A stretch of 64,000 nucleotides of DNA, taken from IMG/VR virus record IMGVR_UViG_3300046674_000373, positions 32,166 through 96,165 of that record; one strand, given 5' to 3'. A model generated the notes under the pieces. The model had not been told where the DNA came from. It did not search any database and saw only the letters and a list, made by a program, of their open reading frames with translations. The translations under genes were made by a program, and so were the position numbers. The first letter of the stretch is position 1; each line of letters begins with the position of its first letter. Source of the DNA: a virus. This document shows positions 19,071 through 27,362 of this stretch, one piece after another.

Positions 19071-20975
19071 TTAAACCGTATAGGTGCCAGAAACCATGAT
19101 GTAGGCAGACGCCTTATATGGGATAGTTGCAACTGCGCCGCCGCCAGATGGCTCTTGGAAGAACAGGATGTTATTTGCGCCAGGGTTGAAGTTTGCGCGC
19201 GGGATAGATCCTGCCGTCCAGGTTAGGTTATTTGTCCGCGCGATGTTCGCTGCCGGGTACGTGCTGGATGCCGCGACAGTGAACGGAAGCCCAGCAATGG
19301 CAAGGTCGCCCGTACCAGTTCCGCCGCTCCAATTGACCCAGCATTCGACGAAAACTTGCCGCCCGATTTTTGTGTAGCGGCCATTCTGCGCGGTATAGGT
19401 TGCTGTGCCTGCGGTCGACTGGCCGACAACAGTAGGCGTCCATGTGCCTTCTTTGTAGTCGTCTAGCGTGTTCGGATCGGTTGACGGGTTTTGTGTCGCC
19501 GGGAATGTGATTCCATTGCCTCCGGCAAGCGGATCTTGCCGCCCAAGAGTGACGCGACCTTGCTCAATCCACGTTGTCTGAGAAGGGTCGCCCGTCAGCG
19601 CGCCAGAAAACGAATTAATGATGGTTGCTTTTGCGCCAGTGCTGATATGGATCTGCTCTTGGCCAAGACCGGTATTGTTATTTGTCGCCCGGCAGCCAAC
19701 AAGGAAGAGTGCACCGCCGCCGCTGACGTTATCCATGTAGATAACGTTTTTGCAGCTGTCGCCGGGGATCATCTCGCCGCCGATCACGTTCAAGTGGGTA
19801 CCCGCGGTACCATCAAAATAGATGTTGTATTGCCCTGGGTTTGCCTCCATGTGGCAGCCGATCATCGTAACCTTACCGGCCTGCGAGAACTCCACCACGC
19901 GCACTCCGTCTGTAGTGTTGCCGCTGGCGTTATTACTTTCGATTTCGCATCCAGAGAAAGTGACTGCCCCATTCGGGAAGCCTACGGCGCGAATCGCCTT
20001 ATCGTTAGATATGATCTGGCACCTGGAAAAGTGGAGATCATTTGGGGCAAATTCTGAATCGATAGCTAGGTCAATACCGTACGCACAGTTCTCGATGAAG
20101 AGATTTTCATACTGGCTGATTAGGTTGCCATAGCCATACAGCCCGCGATAGCAGTTCTTGAGCGTGCAGTCTTTAACATGGACGTTTGCGCCATGCTGGG
20201 CCTGTATGGCAGATGAACTGGTGTTGGACTTTCCTGGCCCAATGATGTCGAAGCCATGCACGAGCGCGTGGATACGCACTTCTGGTGCTGAATCGGGATT
20301 GCGAGCATCAATCACGATCACCGGGGCATTCGCGGTTGCCGTGATTGTCGTACGATGCCCGCGAAGTTCGAAGCCTTCGCCGAAGTTTCCACCAACGGTA
20401 ATCGAGCCGCTGGTTTTCATGTTGCCTGGCGGTACGGTGACGCATTTAAGTCCACTGGATTTTGCGTACTGAATTGCGCTGTTCAGTGCCGATGTTGAAT
20501 CGGTGACGCCATCGCATACCACGCCGAACCATGCGGAATTGATTGCTCCGTCGAAGCGGCGCTTCCACCGTTTCCCATTGCTCGCCACAATGACCGTGCC
20601 GCCATTGTCCGCAGTCGTGGTATCAGCATCATCGCGCACGAACATGCCTGCAATGCCCGATGCGACCACATACACGCTCTTGCGCGCACCAGCGTAGGCA
20701 CGCAGGGCGGGGTAGTCGGCCAGTTGCAGGGCGGCCAGCTCCGACGCGACGCTTTCCGTGCCGTGCATCACCAGGCCCGCTCCACCTACCGCCGCCAGCT
20801 GCGCCAGCGACGGCGCCTGCGCGTCGATCGCCGCCTGGTTATCCGCTACCAGCTTGGCCAGCGACCGCACGGGCCCGCCGTCGGTCGTTACGGTTGTATT
20901 CGCGTCCCCGTGAACGATTTGGTGCGCCTTGTCGGCGTCGAGGAAGAAGCGGGCAACTTTGTCGAAGAGGCTCAT
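19071..20975 (-). CDS. tailspike / depolymerase-like receptor-binding protein 2
   Basis: WFGVVCDGVTDSTSALNSAI pectate-lyase-like start; LDDYKEGTWTP..GRYTKIGRQV C-terminal domain. Confidence 0.75.
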   Translation of the reverse strand: MSLFDKVARFFLDADKAHQIVHGDANTTVTTDGGPVRSLAKLVADNQAAIDAQAPSLAQLAAVGGAGLVMHGTESVASELAALQLADYPALRAYAGARKSVYVVASGIAGMFVRDDADTTTADNGGTVIVASNGKRWKRRFDGAINSAWFGVVCDGVTDSTSALNSAIQYAKSSGLKCVTVPPGNMKTSGSITVGGNFGEGFELRGHRTTITATANAPVIVIDARNPDSAPEVRIHALVHGFDIIGPGKSNTSSSAIQAQHGANVHVKDCTLKNCYRGLYGYGNLISQYENLFIENCAYGIDLAIDSEFAPNDLHFSRCQIISNDKAIRAVGFPNGAVTFSGCEIESNNASGNTTDGVRVVEFSQAGKVTMIGCHMEANPGQYNIYFDGTAGTHLNVIGGEMIPGDSCKNVIYMDNVSGGGALFLVGCRATNNNTGLGQEQIHISTGAKATIINSFSGALTGDPSQTTWIEQGRVTLGRQDPLAGGNGITFPATQNPSTDPNTLDDYKEGTWTPTVVGQSTAGTATYTAQNGRYTKIGRQVFVECWVNWSGGTGTGDLAIAGLPFTVAASSTYPAANIARTNNLTWTAGSIPRANFNPGANNILFFQEPSGGGAVATIPYKASAYIMVSGTYTV

Positions 20976-20978
20976 GGT

Positions 20979-22076
20979 TTACCAGTAGTTAGAAGTTGGA
21001 ATGGTTGCGTGCAGGCCGGTATGCAGCGCGTCGACCGCGGACTCGGTTACTGTGGATCCCGATGCCAGCGCCTCAGCTTCCAGATCGGTGCCGGTTAGGT
21101 AGTCGCCCGTCGTCAGGCGCGAGTGCAACAGCGTATGCAGCACGTCGACGGCTTCCTCGGTCGCGGGCTCGCCATAGGTCGCGCCCTCGGCCAGCAGAGG
21201 ATTGTCCAGTAGCAGATCGGACAGCCCGACCACCGAGGTGTCTCCGATCATCACCGCGCCGCCCACGTACAGCGTTGCTTTCACGCGAGTGATGATGGCC
21301 AGGCGCCGTAGGAACGTGCCGGCGTCGCGCATGCGGTCGATGGTCTCGATGATGGATAGGATCAGGGCCACGTAAGCGGTTACTGCCAGCTGCTCCAGCG
21401 AAACTTCGAAGTCGACGTCGAACAGGCCATAGGAGCCGTTGACGATCTGGTCGTAGTCGCTGACCGTGGCCGGCAGGCCGGCGTTGATCACGCGCAGTGC
21501 CGACTCGATCGCGACGTTGTTGCCCAGCGGCCGCAGCACGGTGGCGATGATCCGAGGCCCGTACACCGAATCCGGCTCGTCCTGCTGGCGTGGCACGTCG
21601 TAGTAGCCGCCGAGCTCGTCCAGCCACACATCCTCGGCCGTGTTCGTACTCATCTGCAGCAGCATGTTCTCGATCTGGCGGCCGGCCGCGTCGAGTTCGC
21701 GCGCGTTGGCCTCCATGTACGACCACAGCACGCTGGTGTAGGCATACAGGTGGTCGCCGTTGGACGTGTTGACATCGCCGCTCGCATCGATCAGCACGCC
21801 GGCGCCCAGCACTGAGTAGGCGGAGTCGTCGCTGTACAGCACCGAGTAGCCTGGCTGCACGGCAAGGTAGTTCGCCAACGACGCGACGCTGTACTGGGTC
21901 AGGTCGACGTCGAGCGGCTGCGCGGTGCCGCCGACAGGCGTTGTGGTCAGGCGCGCATCGCGCACGGACCAGGTCATCCCCGTACCGTCGCAGCTCAGGC
22001 GCAGTGCGAGAAACGGCGCCGGATCCTTGTCGAATATCCGGTGCAGGTAGGACAGCAGGCGGCTCGTCAGTTTCAT
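20979..22076 (-). CDS. baseplate wedge protein
   Basis: WLDELGGYYDVPRQQDEPDSVY; follows baseplate J. Confidence 0.7.
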   Translation of the reverse strand: MKLTSRLLSYLHRIFDKDPAPFLALRLSCDGTGMTWSVRDARLTTTPVGGTAQPLDVDLTQYSVASLANYLAVQPGYSVLYSDDSAYSVLGAGVLIDASGDVNTSNGDHLYAYTSVLWSYMEANARELDAAGRQIENMLLQMSTNTAEDVWLDELGGYYDVPRQQDEPDSVYGPRIIATVLRPLGNNVAIESALRVINAGLPATVSDYDQIVNGSYGLFDVDFEVSLEQLAVTAYVALILSIIETIDRMRDAGTFLRRLAIITRVKATLYVGGAVMIGDTSVVGLSDLLLDNPLLAEGATYGEPATEEAVDVLHTLLHSRLTTGDYLTGTDLEAEALASGSTVTESAVDALHTGLHATIPTSNYW

Positions 22077-23188
22077 AGGATGGTGATCGCACCAGGCATC
22101 AGCTTGGTCGTCTGGTCGACGGTGACATTGGCCGAGGGGGAGCTGAACACGATGTCGTAGACGCCCGGGATTTCCTTAACCTGCTTGATGATCTCCGACA
22201 GGATGGCTGGCTCGCCGATGCCGCGCGAGATGAGGTATGAATAAACCACCTGCACGGCTTGCGTGACCAAGGTCGGCTTGTCGTAGCCGTCGGCCGCCGT
22301 CAGCGTGCCGTCCACATTGACCAGGGCCTCGATCGCAGCAAAGACCTCGACCTTCACCCCGGCAGACTTCCAGCCCGGCACCGGCTGGCCGCTGGCGTCG
22401 TAATAGCCGTGCAGGACCTCGCTCGCCCGTGCGACCAGATCAGCCGAGGTTGAGCCGGCGCCGTTGTGCACGTAGCACAGCACCCGCGAGACCGTGGCGG
22501 ATGGATTGGTCAGGTACGGCTCGATGATCGAGGACGATACGACCCGCTCGGTACGATTGCCGTTCGCGTCGGTCAGGAAGGCCAGAGACAGCCCGTAGCG
22601 CAGCGCCTTGATGGTGCCGCGGTTGAGCGACGACACGAAGTCGTTAAAGCGTGCCTTGCGCTCGTCAGGGGTTTCCTGGTCGACGCCGCTGGCAAACGCC
22701 GTCAGGCTCGATGCCGAGGCAAAGGACTGGAGCGTGGGCTCGATCGTGAACGACACGCCGGCCGCGATGTTGCCAGCCACGCCCGGCTGATCACAGGTGA
22801 CCAGGACATCGGCATAGGTCGCGCCAGCAGGGATTGTCACGCTGGCGTTCGAGGTGAACTTGACGCCGCCCGCTGTCGGCGTGAACACCGTGCCGTCGGG
22901 GATCAGCGCGGCCGTGGTAGCCGCGGTGACGAACACCCGAATGTAACCGATCGCCGGCAGCGCGGTAACTTCGTCAAAGCTGAAACTATTGTAGACGGAG
23001 ACCTCGATTGCCTCCTTCAGTCCGATGACCATCTGCTGGTACAGCTCGTCGATTTCCGCTGCAGGAGCCTCGACCATGGTACGCGCGGCCGAGCCGATGT
23101 TGAAGTCGGTCAGCTTCTGCTGAGTGGAGCGCATCCAGTTGATCATACTGGCTGAAATGCTCGCGAAATCTTTGATTTGAAACGCCAT
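22073..23188 (-). CDS. baseplate J-like protein
   Basis: TDFNIGSAARTMVEA; GVDQETPDERKARF. Confidence 0.85.
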   Translation of the reverse strand: MAFQIKDFASISASMINWMRSTQQKLTDFNIGSAARTMVEAPAAEIDELYQQMVIGLKEAIEVSVYNSFSFDEVTALPAIGYIRVFVTAATTAALIPDGTVFTPTAGGVKFTSNASVTIPAGATYADVLVTCDQPGVAGNIAAGVSFTIEPTLQSFASASSLTAFASGVDQETPDERKARFNDFVSSLNRGTIKALRYGLSLAFLTDANGNRTERVVSSSIIEPYLTNPSATVSRVLCYVHNGAGSTSADLVARASEVLHGYYDASGQPVPGWKSAGVKVEVFAAIEALVNVDGTLTAADGYDKPTLVTQAVQVVYSYLISRGIGEPAILSEIIKQVKEIPGVYDIVFSSPSANVTVDQTTKLMPGAITIL

Positions 23189-23802
23189 CACACCACCCTG
23201 TTCAGATCCAACGCCACGCCGGAAATCGGCACCACTTCCGCCTCGACCGCCAGGCGGTCGCCCTGCGTCGTCGCTGTCACGCGGCTGACGTCCTTGACCC
23301 GGCTCTCCGAGCGCAGCGCCTCGTCCACGTAGTCGGCTGCCACCAGCTCGCGTACCGGGCCCGACAGCGCCCCGATCAGGCGCCCCAGGTTCGCCCCATA
23401 GCGCGGGTGGAACATCAGCTCGCCGTGATCGGTCTCGATGCGGTGCGCCAGCGCCTGGCGCAAGTTGGCGCGGCCTGACACCAGCGCGAAGTCGCCGCCG
23501 GCGAACTGAAGTTGTCCGTCCTCGATCTGGCAGTCGGCTAGGAACACCTGGTCTGGATCGACGCCGGCATCGACCTCGGCGCTGGCGGCCGGTACCCGGA
23601 TCGTCGACCCGGTCAGCAGTACCCCGACACGCACCTCGGCCGGATTGTCGGTCAGGTACGGCGGGACCAGGTTGTTCATCCAGCTCAGCTGGGACCACTT
23701 GGCCGCATCGCCGAGCTCGCGCAGCGCGACCGCGCGCAGGGTATCTCCGTACAGGGTCTGGACGAACCGGAAGCCCGTAATCGGGCGGGTAAAGTCGGTC
23801 AT
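23188..23802 (-). CDS. gp25-like baseplate protein with LysM-like N-terminus
   Basis: GDTLRAVALRELGDAAKW; NLRQAL..HPRYG. Confidence 0.75.
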   Translation of the reverse strand: MTDFTRPITGFRFVQTLYGDTLRAVALRELGDAAKWSQLSWMNNLVPPYLTDNPAEVRVGVLLTGSTIRVPAASAEVDAGVDPDQVFLADCQIEDGQLQFAGGDFALVSGRANLRQALAHRIETDHGELMFHPRYGANLGRLIGALSGPVRELVAADYVDEALRSESRVKDVSRVTATTQGDRLAVEAEVVPISGVALDLNRVV

Positions 23803-24947
23803 CAGACGGCCACCCCGTTGTTGACCTCGGACAGGGTCGCACCGATCACTGGTAGCGGTAGCGGTGCCAGCACGACGTCCTGGTGCGAGAGCTTGTACAT
23901 CGCCGCGCTGGCCACCGGTGACACGCCGACACCGCCTCCGGAGGATGGGCTGATCGCATAGAACGGGTTCTGGCCTGCATAGACCGATGGCGGGCTGCCG
24001 CCGCTGGTAGACGAGCAGTTTGACGCGCCATACAGCGGGTTGTAGTCCTCGTAAGTCGGCGTCTTCTTCAAGGCGTTGTGCAGCACGCAAAACGCATTGC
24101 TATACGCCCCCGCCACCTGCATCAGCTCAGCCTTCACCTGGGACGGGATACTGGTGACGGCCGCCATCGTGCGAAACACGTTCATGCCGGTTTGCGCGAG
24201 GTTGCGCGCTACCAGTACAAATGGGTCCGCCAGTGACAGCCCATTCTGGATGGTGCTGTGCACCGAGGTGAACACGGAGCTCGACAGCCGCATGAAGTCG
24301 GTCACCGGCCCCAGGATGGTCTTGTCCACGAAGTTGCGGGCTTTGTTGATAGCGGAGTTGATCTCGCCCAGCGAGCTAAACAGGCTGTCGAGCCCCAGTC
24401 CCTGTGCGCCGCCGAACAGCCCTCCGAGGCCACCAAACAGGCCAGAAATGGCACCAGGGACGCCGGCCTTCCCCACCGAGATGAAGGAAATCCGGTAGCT
24501 GGCAAGCAGCGGGCGGCTTTTGTTGCGCCGAATCTCGAACGCCAGCGGAACGATCACGCTCGAGTAGCTATTCAGGGCATCGACGAACCGAAGTTTGACG
24601 TCGTTCGGGTCGTCACCGCGGTCAACGGCCTCCTGGCGCAGCTTGTGCCACTGGTGGTAGGTTTTCTCGCGCATTTCGATCAGGCGATCGCCGCCGTCTT
24701 GACCGTCCGGTCCGGTGCGCCAACCGAGCGTGCCGGAGAGCGTCGTGGACTCCAGACCCTCACCGAACGAGTCGATCCAGGCGCCGCCGAGCGTCTGGTT
24801 GACGGACGTGCGCGACGGGTGGTTCCGGGACATTTCCTCCGGGCGGATGAACAGGGTCACCTCGTCCGCATCCCCACCCCGGGCGTCGAGGATGAAGCTG
24901 ATCGGTCGGTCTTCTGCCTTCTGACTTTTGGCGGGACTGAGGTTCAT
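23802..24947 (-). CDS. baseplate/tube-initiator protein
   Basis: IRPEEM..QTLGGAWIDSFGEG; context. Confidence 0.6.
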   Translation of the reverse strand: MNLSPAKSQKAEDRPISFILDARGGDADEVTLFIRPEEMSRNHPSRTSVNQTLGGAWIDSFGEGLESTTLSGTLGWRTGPDGQDGGDRLIEMREKTYHQWHKLRQEAVDRGDDPNDVKLRFVDALNSYSSVIVPLAFEIRRNKSRPLLASYRISFISVGKAGVPGAISGLFGGLGGLFGGAQGLGLDSLFSSLGEINSAINKARNFVDKTILGPVTDFMRLSSSVFTSVHSTIQNGLSLADPFVLVARNLAQTGMNVFRTMAAVTSIPSQVKAELMQVAGAYSNAFCVLHNALKKTPTYEDYNPLYGASNCSSTSGGSPPSVYAGQNPFYAISPSSGGGVGVSPVASAAMYKLSHQDVVLAPLPLPVIGATLSEVNNGVAV

Positions 24948-24953
24948 GCCCGG

Positions 24954-24969
24954 ATCGTAACGTCACGAC
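24954..24969 (-). promoter_or_regulatory. late promoter motif
   Basis: GTCGTGAC-GT-TACGAT-N6-ATG. Confidence 0.75.
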
Positions 24970-24982
24970 CCGGGCTGGCTGG

Positions 24983-25852
24983 TCAGGGCACTGGGGTGCT
25001 GCTGAGACCTGGCCCAGGCTGCACGCCGGAGGTCTTGTGCGACTTCAGGCTGATGGTATCGGCCTTGACGTCACCGCCGCTGACGGTGACGTTGCCGGTG
25101 ATCGCCGCCGCGGCGCCGGCCCCGCCGGACACCGAGATCCCGTTTTCTATGGTCACGTGCCCGGTGAACGTAGATTCCGGCGCATCGACAGTGAGGTGAG
25201 GTGTGGTCAGCGTGGTGTTGCCGCCCACAGTCACATCGGCTGTGCCGTCCACATTGACGGTCGCCTTGCCCTTGGTATGCAGGGTCAAGTCGCCGTCATG
25301 GGTCAGGGTCAGGTTCCCGTCCGGGTCCACGTGCAGGTCCAGCTTCCCGGCGCCCAGCACCAGGCGCAGGTGCATCGATGCGCCGGTGTTCTTCTCGGTG
25401 GCCCACTTGCCGTCGGCACCCTTGCCGGTCAGGTCGACGTGATCCTGGCTGGCTCCGACCCGAAAGAACGTGCCGTTCGGCCAGGCCATCTCAAAGTCGC
25501 CGGCCTCGTTCAGCGTCGAGTAGACCTCGGACGCGTGCCGGTCCACCCGCAGGTTCTTCTCGGCAAACGTCATCTGGTTAACCTGCGGATAGCGGAAGCC
25601 GGTCACCACAGGCATGATGCCGGAAAAATCGACGGCCGCGACCGGGTTCTTCGGCCCGACCTTGCTGATGTCCCACTTCGCGTCGCCGCTCTTCTCCTCC
25701 GGCGCATACAGGTCGTTGCGGCCGTAGGCGCCGTTGCCGTTCGAGGTCAGGACCTGCACCCCGGCCAGGCGCGAGAAGTCGTCCGTCATCACCAGGTCGA
25801 CCGAGTGATCCTCGGGGTGCGTCGCGACCACGACGCCAAATCTCAGGGCCAT
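24983..25852 (-). CDS. baseplate central spike (gpV-like)
   Basis: Beta-helix repeats; ISLKSHKTSGV tip. Confidence 0.75.
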   Translation of the reverse strand: MALRFGVVVATHPEDHSVDLVMTDDFSRLAGVQVLTSNGNGAYGRNDLYAPEEKSGDAKWDISKVGPKNPVAAVDFSGIMPVVTGFRYPQVNQMTFAEKNLRVDRHASEVYSTLNEAGDFEMAWPNGTFFRVGASQDHVDLTGKGADGKWATEKNTGASMHLRLVLGAGKLDLHVDPDGNLTLTHDGDLTLHTKGKATVNVDGTADVTVGGNTTLTTPHLTVDAPESTFTGHVTIENGISVSGGAGAAAAITGNVTVSGGDVKADTISLKSHKTSGVQPGPGLSSTPVP

Positions 25853-27360
25853 CAGGAGCTCGCCATTTCAGAATAGTAGGGGGATTCCGGGCCGCCGTTC
25901 TTGCGCATGCGCTCGACGAACCCGAGCCCGCGGTCGACCTGCAGCACCGTCGTGAAGTTGTTGAACGGCGAGAACTGGTGCTCGACCTGCACCACGTAGT
26001 AGAGCGCTGTGAAGGTGCCGCGGCGCAGCTTGATGTAGTTGCCAGCCCGGATGTTCTCGTTACCCTTGATAGCCAGGGAGCCGCGCTCGAGCAGGACGTT
26101 GTCGCGGTTCATCTCGACTAGCAGCTGGCGCCGGTTCTTGATCCAGTTCGCCACGCTGGTGTCGCGCTTGGTCTTCTCCTCCTCGGAAACGCCAGACGCG
26201 GTATTGCCAACCTCGTCGCCGCCCATCTCCGTGTTCACTTCGAGCTTGCGGATTCCGTACAGCTTGCCCTTGGTGTTGACATACTCGGTCAGGTCGATGG
26301 TCTTCTTGTCGCCGGGGGTTGCGCCGGCCTGCTTATGGTAGATGTCGCTGACCATTTCGTAGCGCGGCGCGCGCACCCAGTAGTAGTTCGCCACGTTGGC
26401 ATCCGTCCGCGACACGTTGATGCTGCGGATATCCTCGGCTGGTACGTCGTAGTAGACGAGCGTGGTCGGGTCCTGGCTTCCGCCGGCGCTGAACGCAACC
26501 GGCTCCTTGGTGTCCGGGTCGATCGGCTTGCCGTGCACGTCGAGGTACGGGTTGGCGCGGTAGATGCAGTAGACCTTGGTATCGTCCTCGGTGATGAACA
26601 ACTCGTTCCAGGTGCCGACGTCGAGGAAGCGGCGCAGCAGGTCGTAGAGCGCCCCCTCCTGGTTCTGGGTTCCCGAGAGCGAAGTCACGCCGTGCTTCTG
26701 GAGCGCCTTGACTTCGATCGTGCTCGGGTTGCTTGAATTGCCCTCGACGATGTTCTTGACATAGGGGTTCAGGATCTTGTCAAAGGTCTCCTGCAGGAAT
26801 TCCGAGCCCTTCTGCCCGATTTTCATCCCGGCGCCGAACCGTTCGAACATGGCGTAGGCGGAGATGATGTCCTGCCCGATCACGTAGCCCGGGCCGTAGA
26901 ACAGCTGCAGCATCTGCCATAGCTTGCCGTAGTCCTGCCCGGTGATGGTGACCGTGCGCGTCGGCCGCCCGTCCTGGTCGACGAATTCCGACCTGGTCAC
27001 GTCGGACACGAAGCCGCGCATGACCACCGGCGGCTGCGGCGCGCCATTGGGCACGTGCTGGAACCGGATTTCGACCATGTCCATCGGCTCGACCACGCCG
27101 GCCAGGGTATCGGCACCGGCCGGCACCGAGTACGGCTGGTCGGACACGGTGATGGCGAAGCCGCCCGCGGGCTCGCGCGCCGACTTGGACGTCGAGATCG
27201 TGGACTGATCAGTCAGGAACGGGGTGAGGTCGATGGTCTTGGCCGTGCTGCCGTAGCGCACCGAGACCTTCTCCTCGCCGTCGATCGTGTCGCGCTGGAC
27301 CGTCTTAAACAGCGTGACCTTGAAGCGCGGCGTCAGCACCGGGATATTTCGCTGCCCCAT
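25852..27360 (-). CDS. baseplate hub protein
   Basis: Between tape measure and spike; ITGQDYGK; YYVVQVEHQF. Confidence 0.65.
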   Translation of the reverse strand: MGQRNIPVLTPRFKVTLFKTVQRDTIDGEEKVSVRYGSTAKTIDLTPFLTDQSTISTSKSAREPAGGFAITVSDQPYSVPAGADTLAGVVEPMDMVEIRFQHVPNGAPQPPVVMRGFVSDVTRSEFVDQDGRPTRTVTITGQDYGKLWQMLQLFYGPGYVIGQDIISAYAMFERFGAGMKIGQKGSEFLQETFDKILNPYVKNIVEGNSSNPSTIEVKALQKHGVTSLSGTQNQEGALYDLLRRFLDVGTWNELFITEDDTKVYCIYRANPYLDVHGKPIDPDTKEPVAFSAGGSQDPTTLVYYDVPAEDIRSINVSRTDANVANYYWVRAPRYEMVSDIYHKQAGATPGDKKTIDLTEYVNTKGKLYGIRKLEVNTEMGGDEVGNTASGVSEEEKTKRDTSVANWIKNRRQLLVEMNRDNVLLERGSLAIKGNENIRAGNYIKLRRGTFTALYYVVQVEHQFSPFNNFTTVLQVDRGLGFVERMRKNGGPESPYYSEMASS

Positions 27361-27362
27361 GA

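Noticed and set aside
13795-20975. Invertase-driven tail-fibre shufflon
   Set aside because: All fibre genes are co-oriented, repeats are direct, and no invertase is adjacent
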